A program made the translations under genes and the position numbers. Positions 1 through 6,954 of a stretch of 64,000 nt of DNA are shown here, piece after piece; within the stretch, counting starts at the first letter, position 1, and every line of letters starts with the position of its first letter. The stretch lies in contig JAQTSD010000002.1 in assembly GCA_028711445.1 (NCBI GenBank), positions 27,044-91,043 on the forward strand. The letters run 5' to 3'. This DNA is from Candidatus Peribacteraceae bacterium. GTDB taxonomy: Bacteria; Patescibacteriota; Gracilibacteria; Peribacterales; Peribacteraceae. The notes under the pieces are model-generated. The model saw nothing but the letters and a program-made list of their open reading frames with translations, was not told the DNA's origin and ran no database searches.

Positions 1-615
1 CAGGAGCAGATATCCCAGAAACGCGCCGACGGGCTCGGCGATACCGGCGACGAACGTGTACCAGAGCGCTGTTCTCCTGCTGCCGGTCGCCGCATAGACG
101 GGCGCGGCTACGGAAATGCCTTCCGGGATATTGTGAATGGCGATCGCGACGGCAAGGATGAAACCGATGTGGATGTCGTCCGCCACGCCGACGAGCGTGA
201 TGAGTCCTTCTGGAAGATTATGAAGCGCGATGGCGACGACGGCGATGATGCCGATCCGATACAGAGGAGAACGCTGGCAGGATCGCATTGTCTCCGGGCG
301 GCCTTCCCTGTGTGGGATATGGGGAATGAGGACGTCCAACAGCGCGACGACGGCGATTCCGACGAAGAAACCGAGGATCGCTCTCCACTCTCCTCCACTC
401 TCACCGTAGAATTCCGTGAGATGCGCTATACCCTCGGGGAGGAGTTCCATGAAGGAGATGAACACCATGACTCCGGCCGAGAATCCAAGAGCTACAGCGA
501 ATGAGCGCGGACTCCTGCTCCCGGGAGCGAAGGCGAACGCGGCTCCGAGCATCGTGCTCATGCCTGCAAGGAGAGCCAATGAGAAGGCGACGAGGAGAGT
601 CGTACTGTTCGGCAT
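1..615 (-). CDS. zupT: ZIP family zinc transporter ZupT (C-terminus lies beyond window start)
   Basis: Absent from the ORF track because it runs off the window edge. My minus-strand translation from the ATG at 615-613 gives MPNSTTLLVAFSLALLAGMSTMLGAAFAF...IALHNLPEGLITLVG...AIAIHNIPEGISVAAPVYAATGSRRTALWYTFVAGIAEPVGAFLGYLLL. It contains the two HNxPEG motifs typical of ZupT/ZIP transporters. Confidence 0.85.
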   Translation of the reverse strand, partial: MPNSTTLLVAFSLALLAGMSTMLGAAFAFAPGSRSPRSFAVALGFSAGVMVFISFMELLPEGIAHLTEFYGESGGEWRAILGFFVGIAVVALLDVLIPHIPHREGRPETMRSCQRSPLYRIGIIAVVAIALHNLPEGLITLVGVADDIHIGFILAVAIAIHNIPEGISVAAPVYAATGSRRTALWYTFVAGIAEPVGAFLGYLLL

Positions 616-739
616 GTCCGGCGCATTGTAGCACTGGGAATTCTTTCTTCGGCTCCAGTTCGCGATCTTGCAGATCTTCTTGACTCGGCATATATATGAA
701 TATATATTCATTACGTTCTATATCTTTCCAACCATTACT

Positions 740-985
740 ATGCCAGCACGCGATGGAACAGGACCCGCCGGGTGCGGTCCGATGACCGGTTGGGGTAGAG
801 GCCCTTGCTGCGGAACCGGTCGCGGTATGCAGCGCGGTTTCGGTCGCAGAGGCTTCTGTGGTTTCCTCGGTTGCCAGCGTCCCGCTCCGGCGGATGAGCG
901 AACGATGCTTGCCGAAGAGACACAGGCCGTCTCGGAGTATCTCAAAGATCTCCAGACACGCCAGAAGGAACTGAACGGAAAGTGA
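740..985 (+). CDS. DUF5320 family protein
   Basis: The internal ATG at 740 of ORF 668..985 gives MPARDGTGPAGCGPMTGWGRGPCCGTGRG... followed by a C-terminal coiled-coil. This is the typical DUF5320 N-terminus (MPxxDGTGPxGxGPMTGRG). Confidence 0.7.
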   Translation: MPARDGTGPAGCGPMTGWGRGPCCGTGRGMQRGFGRRGFCGFLGCQRPAPADERTMLAEETQAVSEYLKDLQTRQKELNGK

Positions 986-1014
986 TACACTCGCTCCTGC
1001 TTCCTCTTATTCCC

Positions 1015-1284
1015 ATGAAAGTTTTAAAATTCGGCGCCGTCTGGTGCCCCGGCTGTCTCGTGATGAAACCGCGCTGGAAGGAGATCGAAACGGAGAATTC
1101 TTGGCTGAAGAACGATTTCTATGATTTCGACCAAGACAAGGAGATGGTCTCGAAGTACGCGATTGACCGCAATCTTCCCACATTCGTTTTTCTCGATGCA
1201 AAGGGGGATGAATTTCTGCGTCTGCATGGCGAAATAGACAAGGAGAAACTTGTCTCTCTTATCAACGAAAATCGGGACAAGTGA
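1015..1284 (+). CDS. thioredoxin-fold protein
   Basis: MKVLKFGAVWCPGCLVMKP... contains the WCPGC active site. The size (89 aa) fits a thioredoxin. The ATG at 1015 lies inside ORF 982..1284. Confidence 0.8.
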   Translation: MKVLKFGAVWCPGCLVMKPRWKEIETENSWLKNDFYDFDQDKEMVSKYAIDRNLPTFVFLDAKGDEFLRLHGEIDKEKLVSLINENRDK

Positions 1285-1286
1285 TT

Positions 1287-2540
1287 ATGCGCAGAACCAT
1301 TCCATTTATCCTCGGCGTTTGTTTCCTCCTATGGCCTCTTCTGTCGCAGGCGCAGTGGCAGGTGGATCTGTACCTTTTCTGGGCCGATGGATGCCCACAC
1401 TGCGCTGCGGAAAGGGAAGCCCTACAGGAGAAGATTTCCCACACATACCCGCAGCTCAAGATTCATGAGTTCGAGGTGTACCGGCATCCTGCCAATGCAC
1501 GGTTGCTCCAGCGAGTGGGTGAAAAGCTCCACACCGATGTCAGCGGGGTGCCTTTCACGATCATCGGGGATCGCATCTTTGCGGGATTCTCCCCATCTAT
1601 CACCCTAAACCAGCTCACATCCCGCATCGAGGAATGCATAAGAGATGGATGCCCTGATTCTCTTGCGGCTCTTCTGGACCAAGACACTTCCGGAGACGAA
1701 CAAAGTTCTTCAGTGTCACAGAAATCCTCTATCGCTATTGTGAGCCCTTCCGTCAGTTCCACCGGGAATGTCATTGCACCGACTCTTCTGCCTTTTTCAC
1801 GCTTCTCCATCCCCTTTCTGGGAGAGGTAGATGCACGTTCCTTTTCGCTTCCTCTGCTTGCCGTGGTCATGGGGATACTCGACGGTTTCAACCCCTGCGC
1901 CCTTTGGACGCTTCTCTTTCTCCTCTCGCTCCTCCTCGGCATGACGAGCAGGGTGAGGATGTGGATTCTCGGATCAACATTCATCGTTGCTTCCGCTCTC
2001 GTATATTTTCTTTTCATGACGGCGTGGCTGCACCTTGTTCTCTTTCTCGGATTCATCCTCTGGGTTCGGATTGCCATCGCAGCACTGGCACTCACAGGAG
2101 GTAGTTATAGTCTCTACAAGGGATGGAAACAGGAAAGCGGCTGTATTGTAGCAGGCGATGAACGACGTGAGCGTATGTTTGAGCGGCTGAAGCATGCGGT
2201 ACAACAGCAGAGTTTCATCCTCGCGCTCTGCGGGATCATCCTCCTCGCATTCGCCGTCAACCTCGTGGAACTCATCTGCTCGGCGGGCCTTCCGGCCGTC
2301 TTCACGCAGGTGCTTGCAATTAATGCGCTTTCCGCATGGCAATCGTACGCGCTCATTGTGCTCTATATTTTCTTCTTCATGATTGATGACCTTTTCGTTT
2401 TCTTTGCCACGATGTTGATGCTTGAGATGACGGGCATCACGACAAAGTACACGTGCGCTTCTCACATCATCGGCGGCGCACTTATGATTGCCATCGGCAT
2501 TCTTCTCATTTTCAAGCCCGGATGGCTCATGTTCGGGTAA
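1287..2540 (+). CDS. membrane thiol-disulfide oxidoreductase: thioredoxin-like domain fused to a CcdA/DsbD-like membrane domain
   Basis: N-terminal signal/TM segment, then a WADGCPHC CxxC domain and a Ser-rich linker. The C-terminal polytopic domain has a DGFNPCALW motif. The start lies 2 nt after the upstream thioredoxin stop. Confidence 0.65.
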   Translation: MRRTIPFILGVCFLLWPLLSQAQWQVDLYLFWADGCPHCAAEREALQEKISHTYPQLKIHEFEVYRHPANARLLQRVGEKLHTDVSGVPFTIIGDRIFAGFSPSITLNQLTSRIEECIRDGCPDSLAALLDQDTSGDEQSSSVSQKSSIAIVSPSVSSTGNVIAPTLLPFSRFSIPFLGEVDARSFSLPLLAVVMGILDGFNPCALWTLLFLLSLLLGMTSRVRMWILGSTFIVASALVYFLFMTAWLHLVLFLGFILWVRIAIAALALTGGSYSLYKGWKQESGCIVAGDERRERMFERLKHAVQQQSFILALCGIILLAFAVNLVELICSAGLPAVFTQVLAINALSAWQSYALIVLYIFFFMIDDLFVFFATMLMLEMTGITTKYTCASHIIGGALMIAIGILLIFKPGWLMFG

Positions 2541-2549
2541 ACTGTTCGT

Positions 2550-2840
2550 ATGATTCGCCCCCTCAAGCCACGGTGTATCGGCGCGGAACCGGAAGCGTTT
2601 TACTACAAGCCGCGCGGGATCCCGCTGTGTGAATTGGAACAGGTGGTTCTCACATTGGATGAAGTGGAGGCACTGCGCCTGAAGAATCTGGAAGAAATGG
2701 ATCAGACGAAAGCAGCGAAGAAGATGGGCGTGTCGCAAAGCACATTCCAACGCATCCTTGTCTCGGCAAACAGGAAAACTGCCGATGCGCTCCTCAATGG
2801 GAAGGCGATCAAGATCGAGGGGGGTGTGATAAGAAAATAG
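2550..2840 (+). CDS. DUF134 (UPF0251) putative DNA-binding protein
   Basis: PRCIGAEPEAFYYKPRGIPL...VVLTLDEVEALRLKNLEEMDQTKAAKKMGVSQSTFQRIL matches the characteristic DUF134 pattern with a sigma-70 region-4-like HTH. Confidence 0.75.
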   Translation: MIRPLKPRCIGAEPEAFYYKPRGIPLCELEQVVLTLDEVEALRLKNLEEMDQTKAAKKMGVSQSTFQRILVSANRKTADALLNGKAIKIEGGVIRK

Positions 2841-2884
2841 CGGAATAGTCACAAGGCAATGAATTTGAGGCAAAAATCGCAGTA

Positions 2885-2913
2885 TTGCATATTTATTCAT
2901 TATTTGATATAAT
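2885..2913 (+). promoter_or_regulatory. sigma-70 type promoter (-35 TTGCAT, 17 bp spacer, TGa-TATAAT); the ATG lies 6 nt downstream, so the mRNA is probably leaderless
   Basis: TTGCAT at 2885-2890, TG at 2905-2906, TATAAT at 2908-2913, ATG at 2920. Confidence 0.5.
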
Positions 2914-2919
2914 ACCAGT

Positions 2920-3228
2920 ATGGCAAACACACAATTCTCTCTCCTCAAGATCACAGCGACCGCCGTCCTCGTGGCAGCCGTCGGTGCGATTTCCACGCTC
3001 GGCGGCGGAGCAGTTCTCGCCATGCTGAACGCATGCAGTTACGACGATGCGATGAGCATGGTTCCGCAATTCGTCATGAGCACGGAACCGCCCATTCTTC
3101 ACGCGGCTGCGGCGGAGCCTATTTGTCCTTCCCACATCGAAGGATTTCTGCTTATCGGAGTACTCCTCTTCGCTGCTGGATTCCTATTCCACGGGTTCCT
3201 GCGCTTGAGTCGCACGAAGCATCGGTAG
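2920..3228 (+). CDS. hypothetical small membrane protein
   Basis: 102-aa ORF with two hydrophobic helices (ATAVLVAAVGAISTLGGGAVLAML; GFLLIGVLLFAAGFLFHGFL) and a consensus promoter directly upstream. Confidence 0.4.
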   Translation: MANTQFSLLKITATAVLVAAVGAISTLGGGAVLAMLNACSYDDAMSMVPQFVMSTEPPILHAAAAEPICPSHIEGFLLIGVLLFAAGFLFHGFLRLSRTKHR

Positions 3229-3358
3229 CGAAGTTGGCTCCTGGAGGGCCTTTCATCAGCAATGTCCAATGATGAGACACTCCTCTGTTCTACTGTCTCC
3301 AATGTCTCATTTGGACGACCGACCGTGTGGCTTCACCATAGTAAAAGGGTACCCCCTC

Positions 3359-3384
3359 AAAAATGCCGTTGGTGCCCCAATGGC
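3359..3384 (-). terminator. possible rho-independent terminator downstream of dedA
   Basis: On the minus strand, GCCATTGG-GGCA-CCAACGGC is followed by ATTTTT. One mismatch in the stem. It sits ~80 nt after the dedA stop. Confidence 0.3.
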
Positions 3385-3460
3385 CTCGAAGTGTTGGGTT
3401 CTTGACCCCGTCGTTCTGCCAACACGTGCTTGTGCTTATAGACCTCTATGCCTCTGCCAC

Positions 3461-4108
3461 TTACTCTCCCTTCTTCTGTTTCATCCTCTCTATCGCCCAT
3501 CCGATGATCCCTGGAAGGATGGAGATGATGATAATAGCGAGGATGACGATGGAGAAGTTGTGCTGCACGAACGGCACGGTGCCGAAGAAATACCCGCCAC
3601 CGACGAAGAGCAACACCCACAGGATGCCGCCGAAAATGTTGTACGCGAGGAAGCGGCCGTACGCCATGCTGCCCATGCCGGCGACGAATGGAGCGAAGGT
3701 GCGGATGATGGGCATGAATCGGGCGATGACGATCGTCTTGCCTCCGTGGCGGGCGTAGAACTCCTTCGTGCGTACGAGGTATTGTTTATTGATGCAGCAC
3801 GCGTCCGCATTTTCTATGAAGTGCCCGAATTTGGCGCCGATCGCGAAATTCACAGAATCACCGATGATCGCTGCAGCGCTCAAGATCACGAAGAGGAGTA
3901 GGGGGTCCATGAGGCCCTTCCCCGCGAACGCTCCTGCCGCGAAAAGCAGCGAGTCGCCTGGCAAAAACGGCGTCACCACGAGACCTGTCTCACAAAGGAT
4001 AACGATAGAGAGGATGGCGTACGTGAGCGCTCCATACTGTTGGAGGATGGCTTCCAAATGCACATCCACGTGCAAGAAGAGATCGATGGCGGAGGAGAGC
4101 ATCTCCAT
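3461..4108 (-). CDS. dedA: DedA family membrane protein
   Basis: Typical SNARE-associated/DedA signature: LCETGLVVTPFLPGDSLLFAAGAFA...GDSVNFAIGAKFG...FYARHGGKTIVIARFMPIIRTFAPFVAG. Confidence 0.9.
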   Translation of the reverse strand: MEMLSSAIDLFLHVDVHLEAILQQYGALTYAILSIVILCETGLVVTPFLPGDSLLFAAGAFAGKGLMDPLLLFVILSAAAIIGDSVNFAIGAKFGHFIENADACCINKQYLVRTKEFYARHGGKTIVIARFMPIIRTFAPFVAGMGSMAYGRFLAYNIFGGILWVLLFVGGGYFFGTVPFVQHNFSIVILAIIIISILPGIIGWAIERMKQKKGE

Positions 4109-4163
4109 GGAAAGTCGTCCGCGAGCCTACACTGCTTGTGCATTATGCGAAAGCGGGTGAATG

Positions 4164-4415
4164 TCATACGTTCTTCCAGCAGCACGCTTCGCCGCACTTC
4201 TTGCAGTACTGCTCGCCGTATTCATGACGCTTCCCATTGAAGCATTGTGCATTACAGCAGTTCGAATGCACGAGTGGTCCCAAGACGAGGGGGGCGACGG
4301 CATGAGGCTTCTTTCCCTTTCGCACTTCCTTCATGTGCATATTGCAGTATGCCTTCCCGAGGGATGGTTTTCCACACCCTTCGACGGTGCACGACGAGTG
4401 TTTCGTGGCGTGCAT
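4164..4415 (-). CDS. hypothetical Cys-rich zinc-binding protein
   Basis: 83 aa with 13 Cys. The N-terminal CTVEGCGKPSLGKAYCNMH resembles the CxxxGC...GxCxxH zinc module seen in phage/HNH-associated proteins. Coding status is uncertain. Confidence 0.35.
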   Translation of the reverse strand: MHATKHSSCTVEGCGKPSLGKAYCNMHMKEVRKGKKPHAVAPLVLGPLVHSNCCNAQCFNGKRHEYGEQYCKKCGEACCWKNV

Positions 4416-4619
4416 GAGAGCAGGGGGGAGAAAGAAAAGATCATGCTACCAGTCAAAGTGATTTGAACCTACGAAAAGGTTCCCAATCTTTTTTGCCGGG
4501 AAATACGCAGATTATCCAAGGAAAGCGTTGGCGCCTGGTGAAACTGAAGAGTACGCTCCATGTGGACGGTAGAGGAATACGGCTCTGCTCTCCTCTTTAT
4601 TTCTCTCCTCCCAGTTTTC

Positions 4620-4829
4620 ATGACAAACGGCACCATCAAAACGGTAAACAAAGAAAGAGGTTTTGGTTTTATCAAGGTCGAAGGATCGGATGACGTGTTC
4701 TTCCACAGCAGCGAATGCGGTGACAAGTTCGACACGTTGGATATCGGGCAGGCTGTGCAGTTCGAGCAGAAGCCAGGTGACAAAGGCAAGGGGCCGAAGG
4801 CGGTGAATGTCGTCGCAGTCGCGGCATAA
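4620..4829 (+). CDS. cold-shock domain protein (CspA family)
   Basis: MTNGTIKTVNKERGFGFIKVEGSDDVFFHSS contains the RNP1 (GFGFI) and RNP2 (VFFH) motifs. The ATG at 4620 lies inside ORF 4560..4829. Confidence 0.9.
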   Translation: MTNGTIKTVNKERGFGFIKVEGSDDVFFHSSECGDKFDTLDIGQAVQFEQKPGDKGKGPKAVNVVAVAA

Positions 4830-4861
4830 CAGGTACAGAATTTCACTCTGTCTTTCGAAGG

Positions 4862-4881
4862 GCGCGGCTTCCATGCCGCGC
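4862..4881. terminator. GC-rich hairpin between convergent csp and rlmI-like genes
   Basis: GCGCGGC-TTCCAT-GCCGCGC, flanked by GAAG/CTTTC. It sits in the 56-bp gap between the two stop codons. Confidence 0.45.
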
Positions 4882-4885
4882 TCTT

Positions 4886-6067
4886 TCAGTCTACCCATAG
4901 AAGCAGGCTCTTCAGGTAATCCACTTCCGGGTGGAACAGATTGACGGGGTGGTCGTAGGCATGATGGTGACGTTGCAGGATGCGCACGGAGCGGCGAGCC
5001 TGACGCGCGGCGTGGAAGACGATCGTTTGGAAGAGCGACGCATCGATCTGATAGGAACATGAGCAGGTGAGCAGCAGCCCTCCGTGTGGGAGAGTTTCCA
5101 GTGCCATGCGGTTGAGATCGGTATAAGCCTTCTTTGCGGGGTCGAGATCGGAGCTGCGTTTCGCGAAGGCCGGTGGATCGAGGATGATGAAGGTGTAGGG
5201 GCGGGGGAGGGGTTTGTGCCTGAAGAAATTGAATACATCCTCGGCGAACGATCCAAATCGATCGGCAGTGAAACCGTTGATGGTGACATGCTCTGCGGCG
5301 CGGGCGAGTGCTGCGGCATCGTAGTCCACGGCATCGGCATGATGAGCGCCGCCTGCGAGCGCGCTCACGGAGAATCCGCCGACATAGCTGCAGCAGTCGA
5401 GGACCGATTGGTCTTTTGCGAGTGAGCGCACGAGAGAGCGCATCTCTCGCTGATCGAGGAAGAGGCCTGTTTTTTGGCTTCCTTCCAAGGAAATCAGGTA
5501 GTTGAGGCTGCGCTCCTTGACGGGGATCGCTCCCTGTACTTCGGCGCGCAGCCACCCCTCCATCGGTTCGAGACCCTCTTTCTTACGCGCAGGGCCGACG
5601 GATTTTTCGAAGATCGCTTTCGGCTTCACGATGTCCATGAGGAGATCTGCCGTCCATGTGCGCAGTGTGTCGAAGCCGAGTGTTGTCAGTTGTAAGACAA
5701 GGGTGTCACCGTAGCGATCCACGATGAGTCCAGGGAGAAAATCGCCCTCGGCATTCACGAGGCGATAGGCAGTCGTATCTTCCGTTGCGAAAAATTCTCG
5801 GCGAAGTGCGATGGCTCGCTCGATGGCAGATCGTACCTGAGTCAGCGGGTCACTTTTCTCGAAAGCGATCGCGCGGCCGCAAATGTAGGCCTTCGCATTC
5901 CAAGTTGCGTAGCAGAGAAAATCACCATTGCTGCTACGTACTTCCACGATGGTGCCGTCCGTCGTCGAAGGCGGTGCAGCGACTGCCGTCTGGAAAATCG
6001 CGTGGTGATGGTTACGGATGTGTACGTCTGCGCCGGCTTTGAGTTTGAGGATGGGATAAGCGACCAT
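4886..6067 (-). CDS. rlmI: class I SAM-dependent rRNA (cytosine-C5) methyltransferase, RlmI-like (PUA plus MTase)
   Basis: 393 aa. N-terminal PUA-like region, then GLFLDQREMR, VLDCCSYVGGFS (SAM motif I) and FIILDPPAFAK (motif IV). This architecture is typical of RlmI/YccW. Confidence 0.8.
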   Translation of the reverse strand: MVAYPILKLKAGADVHIRNHHHAIFQTAVAAPPSTTDGTIVEVRSSNGDFLCYATWNAKAYICGRAIAFEKSDPLTQVRSAIERAIALRREFFATEDTTAYRLVNAEGDFLPGLIVDRYGDTLVLQLTTLGFDTLRTWTADLLMDIVKPKAIFEKSVGPARKKEGLEPMEGWLRAEVQGAIPVKERSLNYLISLEGSQKTGLFLDQREMRSLVRSLAKDQSVLDCCSYVGGFSVSALAGGAHHADAVDYDAAALARAAEHVTINGFTADRFGSFAEDVFNFFRHKPLPRPYTFIILDPPAFAKRSSDLDPAKKAYTDLNRMALETLPHGGLLLTCSCSYQIDASLFQTIVFHAARQARRSVRILQRHHHAYDHPVNLFHPEVDYLKSLLLWVD

Positions 6068-6169
6068 GAATTGGAATGACAGTATCAGAGATCAGCGTTC
6101 TCCACAGCGGAAAGCCGGAGAATCGATCAGTTACTTCCAACTGCTTCAGTGTCAGCGTATCATCTCTCC

Positions 6170-6715
6170 ATGCGTTTCTTCGCATTGGAAACGGACAAGG
6201 AGAAGGTCTTCCGGAGATTCTGTTCCGAGTCGGAAGAGATCGTTCTCATGACGTACTATCATGGGCTGTCCTTCCTCTTTGCGAGTTTTCGGGACATCGT
6301 TGCTACCGTCTTTCTCTTCGGTGCTGGCATTTTCGCGTGGTGGATGCGGTGGCCCATGGAGTGGGTCCTCCTCTTTCTTGCTGTGATTTGGTTCGGGTTC
6401 GTATTTTTCAACATGATCAAGTCTTATATCGATTGGTGCTTTGACTACATTCTCGTTACGACGGACAAGATCATTCTCACAGATCAAACATCGTTCTGGA
6501 AGCAGGAGGTGAACCCGATCCATCTCGAAAATCTCGGAGCGGTATCCACGCAGACACAGTTTTGGGGCATCTTCAATTTCGGCATCGTGGTGCTCCATCT
6601 CAAGGAGGGATTGGGCGGGGATAAGATCGTGCTCAAGTACGTGCCGAATGCCACAGAAGTGGCGGCGAAAATCGCCGATGTCGTGACGCGGTATCAGAGG
6701 AAGGCTTCGCATTGA
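6170..6715 (+). CDS. hypothetical membrane protein with bacterial PH-like C-terminal domain
   Basis: Two TM helices, then DKIILTDQTSFWKQEVNPIHLENLGAVSTQ...VVLHLKEG...IVLKYVPNATEVAAKI, which looks like a bPH/YdbT-type fold. The start (6149 GTG or 6170 ATG) is uncertain. Confidence 0.5.
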   Translation: MRFFALETDKEKVFRRFCSESEEIVLMTYYHGLSFLFASFRDIVATVFLFGAGIFAWWMRWPMEWVLLFLAVIWFGFVFFNMIKSYIDWCFDYILVTTDKIILTDQTSFWKQEVNPIHLENLGAVSTQTQFWGIFNFGIVVLHLKEGLGGDKIVLKYVPNATEVAAKIADVVTRYQRKASH

Positions 6716-6723
6716 AACGTTCC

Positions 6724-6754
6724 TTCTTTCTTTGTCAGGGCGACAAAGAAAGAA
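6724..6754 (+). terminator. perfect 13-bp inverted repeat directly after the stop codon
   Basis: TTCTTTCTTTGTC-AGGGC-GACAAAGAAAGAA. There is no clear T-run, so it may be a stabiliser or protein-binding site rather than an intrinsic terminator. Confidence 0.4.
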
Positions 6755-6954
6755 GCAAAGAAAGCGCTCCGCCGCCAAAGCCCCTCCGCCCGGCCCTGCG
6801 CCTCCTCGTCGACCCCTCCAAGGATTCGGGGCCGCCTCGTCGGCAATGCTGCCTTCGGCAGCAGGGCCTTCCCCTTCACCCCCTGTGGCGGCGGAGCCCT
6901 CCCGTGTCGTACGACGGCGGCTCGCAGAGTGTCGGTAGGCATCGTTTCTTTGCA

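Noticed and set aside
3229-3358. A possible small RNA in the 230-bp gap between the 102-aa ORF and dedA (short dyads such as ATGAGACA/TGTCTCAT).
   Set aside because: Only short, weak stems are present, and I recognise no similarity to known RNA families (tRNA-like, SRP, 6S). The evidence is insufficient without covariation or expression data.
4512-5555. Long antisense or alternative-frame ORFs in GC-rich genes. Examples: 4512..5555(-), 1974..3023(-), 6152..6955(-), 18944..20188(-), 28961..29902(-), 33129..33965(-), 57423..58541(+), 3269..3901(+).
   Set aside because: All overlap genes with strong family signatures in another frame or strand. All have the Arg/Pro/Ser/Gly-rich composition typical of shadow ORFs in high-GC DNA.
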